Assembly: GCA_036825655.1 (NCBI GenBank)
Contig: DAISXU010000001.1
Coordinates: 42,331 to 106,330 of the forward strand
Direction of reading: 5' to 3'
Length of the DNA stretch: 64,000 nucleotides
DNA from: Flavobacteriales bacterium
Lineage (GTDB): Bacteria; Bacteroidota; Bacteroidia; Flavobacteriales_D; Sanyastnellaceae
Within the stretch, counting starts at the first letter, position 1. Every line of letters begins with the position of its first letter. Position numbers and translations under genes: made by a program. The notes beneath the pieces were generated by a model. That model was given only the letters and a program-made list of their open reading frames with translations, ran no database searches and had not been told where the DNA came from. Shown here piece after piece: positions 9,012 to 18,183 of the stretch.

Positions 9012-10174
9012 GGGGAGAAGATACGGCGGTTCAATTCGAGCAATTGAGGGTGACGAACGACATCCTCAAAATAGCGCATGGCCTGAGTTGACCGGGATCC
9101 CCAGGTCGCATCATCCAAAGCAATCGCCCTAGCAAGCCCCTCCACCCACGTCGCCTCGTCCAAAGGCCAATCCCAACCAATTCCAAGGGATTCCAACCCC
9201 TTCCAGGGCGTGCAATCGGACAACAAGACAAGGCACCCGTGCGCCCAACCCTCCACAATGGCATGCCCAAAATTCTCATGATGGGTAGGCATTAGCACAT
9301 AATGAGCTTGCGCCAAGGCCTCTGAAACACCCCGGGGTGGCAGGGCGCCCAGGTGACGTACGCTCAAGCCAGCTGGTTCTCCAGAATAATTGAGCAAGCC
9401 CTCCGTGTATTTTAAATCCTCAGCCGATCCGATGATTTGAACTTCCACTCGCGGAGGATTGGGGATTGAAACCAAAGCTTTGCCCAAAGCCTTCAAACCA
9501 AATTCAATGTTCTTTATAGGGTGAACACGGCCCAGCACAACCAACTTCCAAGCTCCTTCTCCCCGGGCAATCCGTTGCGTTGGGTCTGACATAGGGCGGG
9601 AGGGAATGTTCTGTGCAACAGAAACACTGGCCCCCTTGAACTGCTGGATGATTTCCGCTTCTTCCATGCGGGTAGAAGCATGCCATTGAACATCCTTGTA
9701 CCAGCCCATCAACCTGGCTGCCATCAAAAACACGCGCTTTTTGATGGGTTTAATCGCTAAGGCACCAGCACCCAGCATGCCTCGCGGGGCCACAACTACC
9801 TTGACTTTCGGGAACTTTCGGGACACATGCAGCGCGTCCAAAGAAAAAAACCGCGCGAACATGCTGTTCAGGTAAAGGAAATCAGGCTGAATGGACGTCG
9901 CCAGCAATTCACGCCAAAAATCAGTTTGCCAACGGTCGCGAGAAACATACATCAATTGCCCCCATGGCATCCGAACCCAACAATTCAATTCAACGCCTTC
10001 AATGGGAATGGACTCCCCCAAGTCGTAAGCTCCAGCAACCACAAAGACTTCGTGCGTTTCCCCCAACAGCTCTGCGAGGTTGGACACACTGCGGATGGGC
10101 CCTCCCGCTTGATAGGCAGGCGGAAACCACTCTGCCACCAACAACACGCGGGTTCGGCGTTCAACTGATCCCAT
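9008..10174 (-). CDS. GT4-family glycosyltransferase
   Basis: It has two Rossmann halves (GT-B fold) with an N-terminal VLLVAEWFPPAYQAGGPIRSV and a C-terminal E-x7-E-like region (PTHHENFGHAIVEGWAHGCLVLLSD). Confidence 0.85.
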   Translation of the reverse strand: MGSVERRTRVLLVAEWFPPAYQAGGPIRSVSNLAELLGETHEVFVVAGAYDLGESIPIEGVELNCWVRMPWGQLMYVSRDRWQTDFWRELLATSIQPDFLYLNSMFARFFSLDALHVSRKFPKVKVVVAPRGMLGAGALAIKPIKKRVFLMAARLMGWYKDVQWHASTRMEEAEIIQQFKGASVSVAQNIPSRPMSDPTQRIARGEGAWKLVVLGRVHPIKNIEFGLKALGKALVSIPNPPRVEVQIIGSAEDLKYTEGLLNYSGEPAGLSVRHLGALPPRGVSEALAQAHYVLMPTHHENFGHAIVEGWAHGCLVLLSDCTPWKGLESLGIGWDWPLDEATWVEGLARAIALDDATWGSRSTQAMRYFEDVVRHPQLLELNRRIFSP

Positions 10175-12044
10175 GGCGATTCATCCAATTTCCTAACGTG
10201 ACCAACATCCAAACCCGGGTGCAATTCACGCGCTTATCGCCTCGTAAAAATGCCGCCCAGAGACCATCCAATTCCCTTTCATTCAAGCACTCGAGGCGAT
10301 GCAACGCATTCAAGCCTTGCTCGCACAAAGGCTTCAATGGGCCACGCATCCAGGTCTCCCAAGGCAAAACGAACCCCATTTTCTGACGGTTTATGACCCC
10401 ATCCGGCAACAGCGCCCCCAGCGCATCCGTCAACAATTTCTTAGGGGATGACGGTTCTTTCCATGAATCGGGAATCGACAATGCAGTCGCAACCAACCGG
10501 TGATCCAAAAAAGGAACACGGACCTCCAAGGCATGCGCCATGGACATCTGGTCGGTGTCCCTCAGTAGCGTGTGGCCGAGGTAAGTTCCAAGCTCTGCGA
10601 CACTGACTTTGCTATAAAATGGCAAATCAAACCCCTTGGTGCCTGGTGCAATCTCCTCAGACAACCACCCATGGACTCGATTGCCTTGGATTTTTGTGCT
10701 TCCCTTCAATATGCGCCTCAAGTCATCTTCCAAAAACAACTGGCGAGAAAGCGGGTAAGTATGCTCCAAATCAAAGTAATCCCCCGCCAAAATAGCCGCT
10801 TGTTTTCTCGCGCTTACTGTGCCCTTTAATCCCGCATAAACCCCACCTACAAGGCTGCGCAATCCGACGGGCCATGAACCCAACCAACGCTTGTCCATCA
10901 ACTGACGAGAGCGCTGAAAGACCGGGTAACCAGCAAACAGTTCATCCCCTCCCAAACCTGACAAAGCCACAGTTATTCCAGCTGCCTTCGTCGCTTCGCT
11001 CACCACAAATGTGTTGGGTCCATCCCCACTTGGATGATCCATCGCCTCCAGGGCAGCAGGCACTTGATCCAAAAAATGATCCGATGTCAACCGAATCTCA
11101 TGATGATCCGTTCCGAAACGCTTGGCAACCAGGCGAGACCACGGGCTTTCATCGAATTCACCTTCATTGAACGTGACACTGAACGTCGATATGGGGCGTT
11201 CACTCACCTCTTGCATCAATCCTACCACTGCGCTCGAGTCAATTCCGCCGGACAAAAAGGCACCGAGCGGGACATCCGATCTCATCCGGAGCTGCACAGC
11301 ATTCGTTAGCTGTTCTCGAACCACGCTCACAGCTTGTTCACGGTTCTCCCAAGGCGCGACCTGTGCCACTTCATCTCCCACACTCCACCACCGCTTTTGG
11401 CGCACGTCAGCATCTTGAAAACACAGCCAATGACCTGCCGGAAGCAGTTGAACGCCTTCAATTAGCGTATCCGGCGCATGCACCGTTCCGTAGCGAAGAA
11501 AATCAACGATCGCAATCCGATTGAGTTTCTTTTCAACAGCACCACTCGCCAAAATCGCACGGATTTCGCTCGCGAAAACAACGCCATCGTCTACCTGGGC
11601 CCAATAAATTGGCTTGATGCCCATTCGATCGCGGGCAATGAACAATTCTTCCTGTTCAGCATTCCACCAAGCAAAAGCAAACATCCCGTTGAGGCGATGA
11701 AGTGCATCCATGCCCCATGTTTTCAAGGCTGACATCAACACTTCTGTGTCCGAATCCGTCTTAAAGTGCTCGCCCAATTGCTCAAGCTCTGAGGCCAGTT
11801 CTTTGAAATTGTAAATTTCCCCATTGAATACCAAGGCATCTCCGTTCTCGGCGAGCCAAGGTTGGTGGCCCGCAGGCGTAGGGTCCAAGATGCTCAGGCG
11901 GCGGTGGGCTAACGCCACTCCATTGGTCTCGGTCCAAATGCCTTCGTCATCCGGACCACGGTGCTCCTGCACCTGGTTCATCCGAGCGCAAGCTTGAGCT
12001 GCCCTTTCCTTATCCCAACCATGGACCCCTGCAATCCCGCACAT
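10161..12044 (-). CDS. asnB: asparagine synthase (glutamine-hydrolysing)
   Basis: It has the N-terminal Ntn nucleophile MCGIAG and the PP-loop SGGIDSS, at a typical length of 627 aa. Confidence 0.93.
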   Translation of the reverse strand: MCGIAGVHGWDKERAAQACARMNQVQEHRGPDDEGIWTETNGVALAHRRLSILDPTPAGHQPWLAENGDALVFNGEIYNFKELASELEQLGEHFKTDSDTEVLMSALKTWGMDALHRLNGMFAFAWWNAEQEELFIARDRMGIKPIYWAQVDDGVVFASEIRAILASGAVEKKLNRIAIVDFLRYGTVHAPDTLIEGVQLLPAGHWLCFQDADVRQKRWWSVGDEVAQVAPWENREQAVSVVREQLTNAVQLRMRSDVPLGAFLSGGIDSSAVVGLMQEVSERPISTFSVTFNEGEFDESPWSRLVAKRFGTDHHEIRLTSDHFLDQVPAALEAMDHPSGDGPNTFVVSEATKAAGITVALSGLGGDELFAGYPVFQRSRQLMDKRWLGSWPVGLRSLVGGVYAGLKGTVSARKQAAILAGDYFDLEHTYPLSRQLFLEDDLRRILKGSTKIQGNRVHGWLSEEIAPGTKGFDLPFYSKVSVAELGTYLGHTLLRDTDQMSMAHALEVRVPFLDHRLVATALSIPDSWKEPSSPKKLLTDALGALLPDGVINRQKMGFVLPWETWMRGPLKPLCEQGLNALHRLECLNERELDGLWAAFLRGDKRVNCTRVWMLVTLGNWMNRHGIS

Positions 12045-12045
12045 T

Positions 12046-13077
12046 TTAGCCCTCCTTAAATGCTTGCCAACCTTGTGCCTTGAGCTCTACCTCCACTCCG
12101 TTTTTTGCAATCAACTGACGCTCGGTGGGGTCTTCCGTCATGTAACCAATGATGCTGAACATAGGATGATTCCGAATTTGCTCAGCATCTTCTTGCTTGA
12201 TTGTGAAGAGCATTTCATAATCCTCGCCTCCATTGAGCATGCACATGGTTGGATCTAAATTGAAGGTCCTAGCCGCCTCATACGCCTCGGGGTGAATGGG
12301 GATTTTATCTTCAAAAAGCTTCACGCCCACCTCGCTTTCTGTACACAGGTGAAATATTTCTGATGACAAGCCATCTGAAACATCAATCATTGCTGTTGGT
12401 TTCAATTCTAACTGAACCAACTCGCGAACAACGTCCAACCGGGCTTCAGGTTTCAACTGTCGCTCAAGTACGTAATCAAATCCAGAGAGGTCCGGCTGAG
12501 CACCAGGCGCCTCCTTGAAGACGTGCTTCTCGCGTTCCAGCACCTGCAACCCCATGTAGGCCCCACCTAATTCTCCTGAAACAACCAAAAGATCCCCGGC
12601 TGATGCCCCGTTCCTCCTCACAATGCGCTCATTTTCCACCAACCCCAAAACCGTCACAGAAATAACCAACCCCGATAAACTGCTCGTGGTGTCACCCCCT
12701 ACCAAATCCACGTTGTACAACTCACAAGCCTTGCGCATCCCAGCGTAGAGCTCTTCCACGGCCTCCAAGGAAAATCGATTGGAAAGCGCCAAGCTAACCG
12801 TCACCTGCGTCGGCGTACCATTCATGGCACAAATGTCGCTGAGGTTGACGATGATGGCCTTATAACCCAGGTGTTTCAGTGGCGTGTAGGACAAATCGAA
12901 ATGAACCCCCTCGCATAACATGTCCGTACTGATCAGGACGCGCTTTGCTCCTGCATCAACAACGGCTGCGTCGTCTCCCACACCTAAAAGTGTCGACGGT
13001 TGTTGGGTTACCAAATCAGCTGTCAAATGCCGAATGAGGCCAAACTCACCCAGCGAACCAATCTCTGTTCGTTCCAT
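12046..13077 (-). CDS. thiL: thiamine-monophosphate kinase
   Basis: It shows the AIR-synthase-related fold: GEFGLIRHL, GVGDDAAVV and the GGDT motif. Confidence 0.9.
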   Translation of the reverse strand: MERTEIGSLGEFGLIRHLTADLVTQQPSTLLGVGDDAAVVDAGAKRVLISTDMLCEGVHFDLSYTPLKHLGYKAIIVNLSDICAMNGTPTQVTVSLALSNRFSLEAVEELYAGMRKACELYNVDLVGGDTTSSLSGLVISVTVLGLVENERIVRRNGASAGDLLVVSGELGGAYMGLQVLEREKHVFKEAPGAQPDLSGFDYVLERQLKPEARLDVVRELVQLELKPTAMIDVSDGLSSEIFHLCTESEVGVKLFEDKIPIHPEAYEAARTFNLDPTMCMLNGGEDYEMLFTIKQEDAEQIRNHPMFSIIGYMTEDPTERQLIAKNGVEVELKAQGWQAFKEG

Positions 13078-13117
13078 GGCCCAAAGGTACTCCGTTCATC
13101 GGAGCATTCGGCCGAAC

Positions 13118-13594
13118 TCAGTTGTCCTCCGGGGCAGCATCAGCCACCAATTCAATTTTCCCTTTAAAATGAAGATTGAGGCCTGCAAATGGGTGATTGA
13201 AGTCCACCACGACACTGTTGAGCAATACATCACAAACGATGCCCATGAGTTCATCTCCGTCTTCGGTTTCCATAGGAACCACCTCCCCAACTTCGAAAAT
13301 GGATTCGTCCAGCTCCCCATCTACGATGAAAGCAGATTTAGGAACCTCCACAAAGGCTTCCTCATCTTCTTCGCCGTATGCCTCTCCCATGGTCAAGGAA
13401 AATTCAAATTCCTCACCTTGTTCCTTGCCCATCAAGGCTTGCTCAAAGGCTTCCAAAACCTCAACCTTTCCTACTGTGAATCCAAACGGGTCATCCTGAG
13501 GGCAAACCTCCAATTCTTCCCCTTGGGCATCATCTTCGCGCAAAACGTAGGTGACTTCGACGTACTTACCGTCGGCTATGAGCTGATCCTTCAT
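13118..13594 (-). CDS. FKBP-type peptidyl-prolyl cis-trans isomerase, SlyD-like
   Basis: An FKBP core with an inserted flap: FGFTVGKVEVLEAFEQALMGKEQGEEFEF ... VVDFNHPFAGLNLHFKGKI. The start is set at the ATG at 13594 (MKDQLI...). Confidence 0.88.
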   Translation of the reverse strand: MKDQLIADGKYVEVTYVLREDDAQGEELEVCPQDDPFGFTVGKVEVLEAFEQALMGKEQGEEFEFSLTMGEAYGEEDEEAFVEVPKSAFIVDGELDESIFEVGEVVPMETEDGDELMGIVCDVLLNSVVVDFNHPFAGLNLHFKGKIELVADAAPEDN

Positions 13595-13641
13595 GGCGCA
13601 AAAATAGGCGGAAAGCAGTCGCAAGGGACTAACTTAGTCGC

Positions 13642-16113
13642 ATGCGAATCGACTTTTCTCACCCCTTCGTTTTCCTGGCGCTGATGGGCCTGGCATTCAT
13701 CCCCCATGTCAGTGCTCAAGATTCCACGGCAATGCGCACCCCACGCGTGTTTTTTCCCCAGGGTTGCCACAATGGCCATCGCCCCATTCCAGCGGTCAAT
13801 GAGCGATTTCTGAATTACGACATGACGGCGAGCATTGCGAGAAGTGATTCGTTTGATGTCCACAGTTACGAAGTGGATTTGGATGTGACAGAATACAATT
13901 TGCAGCAGATTGAAGCCCATGCCCGCATGGCTTTGACGGTGCTGAATGGCGAGGCCCAAAATCTCTGGTTTGACCTCATCGACTTGGCGGTCGACAGCGT
14001 GCACCTCGATGGAGCGCTGGTGGATTTTGAGCACGTTGATGGGCAGTTGCACGTCAATTCTACATGGGAAACCGGAGCCGAGCACGTCATCGATGTTTGG
14101 TACGGAGGGCATCCTTACCAAGATCCGTATTGGGGCGGCGTTTATTTCGTTGCAGACTACATCTACCACTTGGGCATTGGTTTGACTTCCATCCCTCCCA
14201 ATTTTGGCAAGGTCTGGCACCCCTGCTTCGACAATTTTGTGGAGCGCGCAACGTACACCTGGAACATCACCAGCGCAGGCGGGAGGCGAGCGCATGGTCA
14301 AGGAACCTTCTTAGGAGAAACCACCCTCGGAGGAGACACCGTGCTGAGGAGTTTTGCTTTGGCCCATCCCATCACCACGCACCAAGCGGCTTTCTCTGTC
14401 GCCAACTACGTAGACAGCAATTACGTTCACCCTGGATTTTACGGAGACATTGACGTCAGGTTGACCGGCAAGCCCAACCACATCAACTCCATGGTCAATA
14501 AATTCCAAGATTTGGGGTATGCCATCGACGCATTGGAGCATTGGTGGGGACCCTATGCATGGGAGCGCGTCGGCTATGTGCTAACCACGGATGGGGCGCT
14601 TGAAATTCCTACCAACATCGCCTACCCCCAGTTCATGGTGGACGAGTCCATCGCAGCCAACGGCGATCTGTTCGCACACGAATTGGGACACCATTGGTGG
14701 GGAGACCTCGTGGCGCCCACGGTTCACAATCACATGTGGCTGAAAGAGGGGCCGGCAGAATACAGCAGTCACTTGTTTGTGGAGTGGAAAGATGGACCCG
14801 AGGCCTTTGTGGATTTGGTGAAGGACAACCAGCTCTACGTTCTGGAGCAGGCGCACATCCAAGACAATGGTTTCCATGCGCTTTCACCGATGCCTGATGA
14901 GGAAATTTACGGACGCCACACTTATTACAAGGGTGCCGCCATCATGCACAACCTGCGGGCCTATTTAGGAGATGAGCTGTTTCGAGAGGCCAGTCAAGGG
15001 GTCATCGCTTCGCATTACGATGCGCACATGGATGCAGACCTGTTTCGCACGACACTTGAGGGCCTGACGGGCATGGACTTGAATCCGTTCTTCGACGCAT
15101 GGGTTTATCAGCCCGGCTTTTCCACTTGGGTGATTGACTCGATGGCTCCCGCGCCGTTGGGAGCGCCGTTGCCTGCAACCACCTTGCATTTGCAACAGAA
15201 GTTGAGGGCCTGCAACAATTTTCACACCGATGTCCCGCTCGATGTAACGGTTTGGGATGCGGAATGGAACCGGGTGGAAGGCCAAATCATGGTTTCGGGA
15301 GCCAATGCCAGCGCCATCGTTGAGCACACCGGAATTACCGAACCCGCCATGATTGCGCTGAACGCCAACGGACGGTTGAATCAAGGGAGAATGGACTACA
15401 CCTTCCCCGTCACGGGCACGCAAGGATTGACGAATCTGCCGTGGGTTTCCATGCGGGTGGGGTGCGATGCCATGCCAGAGAATGACAGTGCGCTGGTGCG
15501 CATTGAACACCATTGGGCTGCGCCTGATGCAGGGCCCACTGCACCTTACGTGGACGAGTTGAGCGACACCCATTTCTGGATTGTCGATGGAATTTGGCCA
15601 GAGGATGCCGATGCGATGATCCTTGATGCACGCCTCCAATACTATGGGAACGATGCGGAGGACCTGGATTTCGATTTGTACGGCTCCAGCGAGGAACAGG
15701 CCTTTCTCGCTTGGCGGGCACACGCATCCGACCCTTGGGTCGAATACCCAGATTATGAATGGCAGGGGGGTTCGATGACCAATGGAAGCGGCATTTTCAA
15801 AATCCTCAAGCTGCGAAAAGGGCAATACGCTTTTGCAAAAGGTGATGTGTCATTGGAGGTTGCGCAGGCATGGACTGACGGTGCAGAGCTGAGTGCGTTC
15901 CCCAATCCAGCAACCCACCAGGTGGCAATCGAAATGCAGCCCGGAGACGATCGCGTTCACATTTACCGCTACAGCGGAGAGAAAGTGCTTCAGTGTTCTC
16001 CAAGGACAACAGCACTTGGGATCGATGTTTCCGAATGGGCGGCGGGAGCTTACCTCGTCGTCATTGAAGGAAGCACTGGAAGGCGAACTGGGCAGTTTTT
16101 GGTGGAGCGCTGA
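13642..16113 (+). CDS. M1-family zinc metallopeptidase (aminopeptidase N-like) with a T9SS C-terminal sorting domain
   Basis: It has a signal peptide, the gluzincin motif HELGHHWWGD followed by WLKEGPAEY, and a C-terminal ~80 aa FPNPATHQVAIEM...GAYLVVIEG...GQFLVER typical of type-A T9SS CTDs. Confidence 0.92.
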   Translation: MRIDFSHPFVFLALMGLAFIPHVSAQDSTAMRTPRVFFPQGCHNGHRPIPAVNERFLNYDMTASIARSDSFDVHSYEVDLDVTEYNLQQIEAHARMALTVLNGEAQNLWFDLIDLAVDSVHLDGALVDFEHVDGQLHVNSTWETGAEHVIDVWYGGHPYQDPYWGGVYFVADYIYHLGIGLTSIPPNFGKVWHPCFDNFVERATYTWNITSAGGRRAHGQGTFLGETTLGGDTVLRSFALAHPITTHQAAFSVANYVDSNYVHPGFYGDIDVRLTGKPNHINSMVNKFQDLGYAIDALEHWWGPYAWERVGYVLTTDGALEIPTNIAYPQFMVDESIAANGDLFAHELGHHWWGDLVAPTVHNHMWLKEGPAEYSSHLFVEWKDGPEAFVDLVKDNQLYVLEQAHIQDNGFHALSPMPDEEIYGRHTYYKGAAIMHNLRAYLGDELFREASQGVIASHYDAHMDADLFRTTLEGLTGMDLNPFFDAWVYQPGFSTWVIDSMAPAPLGAPLPATTLHLQQKLRACNNFHTDVPLDVTVWDAEWNRVEGQIMVSGANASAIVEHTGITEPAMIALNANGRLNQGRMDYTFPVTGTQGLTNLPWVSMRVGCDAMPENDSALVRIEHHWAAPDAGPTAPYVDELSDTHFWIVDGIWPEDADAMILDARLQYYGNDAEDLDFDLYGSSEEQAFLAWRAHASDPWVEYPDYEWQGGSMTNGSGIFKILKLRKGQYAFAKGDVSLEVAQAWTDGAELSAFPNPATHQVAIEMQPGDDRVHIYRYSGEKVLQCSPRTTALGIDVSEWAAGAYLVVIEGSTGRRTGQFLVER

Positions 16114-16114
16114 T

Positions 16115-17146
16115 TCAGTGCGTTGCGCGCGATTCCACTGCGCCGCGGCCGGCGAGCCACGCCGTTTTTCCATCTTGGGTAAACCGAACCGTCAAAAACG
16201 TAGAATCGCTCTGGTGTGTCCACGTTGCACCGCCATCGAATGAGCGGTCCACACCTGGAATGCCTACAGCCCATAACTCTTGGCCATTCGTATTTGGAAC
16301 GGCCTGAATACAAGAACGGTATCCCGGCCCCGACCCTGGGTGGTCTAAGCTCCAACTTTGGCCGCCATTGCGCGTTCGAATCCTGTTCGCTGCATTGTCC
16401 GACATCTGCTCCCAATTGCCCCCAATGGCTAGGCCTTCCTGTTCTGTCCACATGGTCAGGCTGAACATCCCGGTCATGGCTCCCCCTTGAAGGATAGGTG
16501 TTTCCACCACCTCCCAACTCACCCCGCGATCTGCGGTTTTGAGCACCCGTGAAGCGGACCCACCTGTGATGCACCACGCCGCGTTTCCAAGTGCCACCAC
16601 GTTGGTATTGCTTGCTGCAAAAGCCGCTTCTCCAGGAAGGGCTGCGGGCAGATCATCGCAGCTGATCCGGCTCCATGTTCTGCCTCCGTCATGCGTTAGG
16701 GCCAAGCTGGCGCACGTGGAATCCAAAGCGCATGGATCCCCGAATGCAATTCCATCACGATCATCCCAAAAAGCCATGGCATCCCAAAACACGCCCTCAC
16801 CTTCCTCTCGGTACACCACCTCCCAAGTCTGCCAGTCTTCGGAACGCATGAAAAAGGCGGGACTGCCCACGCTCAAAGCCAAGGCTGCACCGTTGACGAT
16901 GGCCACAGAACGCACTTCCGGATGCTTGCCCTCCACCAAAAGGGTATCCACGTGCCAAGTGACACCTGCATCCGAAGTGTAGCCCCACTTGCCCCCGCTG
17001 CCGGCGAACAAGACGGTGTCTGTCCCCGCAACGGCCAGTGCACGGATGCTCGCCTCAGGCACATCCAATCGAACTGATTTGAAGGGCGGTGAAGCACATG
17101 AAATGACTAGAATTAATGCGCTGCAGGCAAGCTTCCAGTAATTCAT
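16115..17146 (-). CDS. BNR/Asp-box repeat beta-propeller lipoprotein (Ycf48-like)
   Basis: It has a lipoprotein signal (LVISCASPP) and five Asp-box-like repeats: SDAGVTWH, HDGGRTWS, ADRGVSWE, RNGGQSWS and FDGGATWT. Confidence 0.85.
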   Translation of the reverse strand: MNYWKLACSALILVISCASPPFKSVRLDVPEASIRALAVAGTDTVLFAGSGGKWGYTSDAGVTWHVDTLLVEGKHPEVRSVAIVNGAALALSVGSPAFFMRSEDWQTWEVVYREEGEGVFWDAMAFWDDRDGIAFGDPCALDSTCASLALTHDGGRTWSRISCDDLPAALPGEAAFAASNTNVVALGNAAWCITGGSASRVLKTADRGVSWEVVETPILQGGAMTGMFSLTMWTEQEGLAIGGNWEQMSDNAANRIRTRNGGQSWSLDHPGSGPGYRSCIQAVPNTNGQELWAVGIPGVDRSFDGGATWTHQSDSTFLTVRFTQDGKTAWLAGRGAVESRATH

Positions 17147-18183
17147 TTTGAATGGGAAAGCGGAAGGGTGGTCAACGACTGAACGACCGACTCAATTTCA
17201 CGCATGTACTCACGCTTGTCAAAATATGGGGCGTAGGAATAGCCCTCCACAGTGACCAACCTTCCCCTCACTGCATCGTATGTGGTTAGGCTGTAAAAAG
17301 GGCCGCCCATGTAGTCATTCTCTACGCGCCACAAGCCCCTCAATTCTGACGCAAACTCCCCCTTGAAGGCCACCTCTTCATATGTGGGGTGGTACCTGAG
17401 CTCAGTAGTCATGTACGAGCCAGGGGTTGGACCCTCGACGTGGCGACGCAGCACTGCATTGCGTTGCCGAATCCTCGCCTGCATTGAAAGGAGGGTGTCG
17501 CTCACGTAAGGCTCGAAATAAATAAAAATTCCCTGTTGCACATCGTGGTTATCCCCCCCCTTCATTCGAGTCATTTGGCGATCAATCCAAACAAAGTCTT
17601 CGGACTCTTGCGCCAGCTGGGCATCTTTAGGCAAAATGAGCATGACGCCATGCCGGTCGGCCAAGTCTCTGCTCAGGGCATCATTTGTCGACAAGGAAAT
17701 CAACTGTCCAAACCGATTCACCTCCTCACGGTGGAAAACACTGAGCAAGTCAGCCCGTCTCTCATGAAACTCGAGGGCCAAATCGGATGTATTTTTTCCT
17801 TTCCCGGCTACAAATAGCTGGCCAGAAGCAAAGCGATCTCGGTAGATTTCAACGGAGGGGTCTTGGGTGTCGATTCGATCACCCAAATCAATGTCAATGA
17901 TGTTGCGGTGAGGCTTCCAAAAGCGATCAAACTCGTCTCGTGGAAGAAAGACCAAGTCAAATTCCGGCTCATATTGAGGCAAAACCGCATAGGCACGGCC
18001 AAAAATGCTTCGAAGGGTATCCCCAAGTTCTCCCTCCCAGACATGCTTATCGGTGACGACAATGAGTTCACCAGAAGCGCCCACCTTTCCAGGCAAGGGC
18101 ATTCTTGCTCCCTCCTGACTTCCACAAGCCATTAGGCCCATGAGGAGGACGATGAGGTAACTAAAGTGTGCTTGGATCTGCAT
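17143..18183 (-). CDS. hypothetical lipoprotein (DUF4837-like)
   Basis: It has a lipoprotein signal (LLMGLMACGSQ) and is translationally coupled on both sides (4-nt and 23-nt overlaps). The family name is recalled from similar Bacteroidota neighbourhoods and is not verified. Confidence 0.75.
   Translation of the reverse strand: MQIQAHFSYLIVLLMGLMACGSQEGARMPLPGKVGASGELIVVTDKHVWEGELGDTLRSIFGRAYAVLPQYEPEFDLVFLPRDEFDRFWKPHRNIIDIDLGDRIDTQDPSVEIYRDRFASGQLFVAGKGKNTSDLALEFHERRADLLSVFHREEVNRFGQLISLSTNDALSRDLADRHGVMLILPKDAQLAQESEDFVWIDRQMTRMKGGDNHDVQQGIFIYFEPYVSDTLLSMQARIRQRNAVLRRHVEGPTPGSYMTTELRYHPTYEEVAFKGEFASELRGLWRVENDYMGGPFYSLTTYDAVRGRLVTVEGYSYAPYFDKREYMREIESVVQSLTTLPLSHSK

Noticed and set aside
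12920-13684. Plus-strand 254-aa ORF spanning the thiL 5' end and the FKBP gene
   Set aside because: It crosses an intergenic region and is antisense to two well-supported genes. It has no motifs.
13591-15825. Minus-strand ORFs 13591-14301 (236 aa) and 14965-15825 (286 aa)
   Set aside because: They are antisense to the M1 peptidase, whose frame carries the HEXXH-E motif and a T9SS CTD. The antisense translations show no recognisable features.
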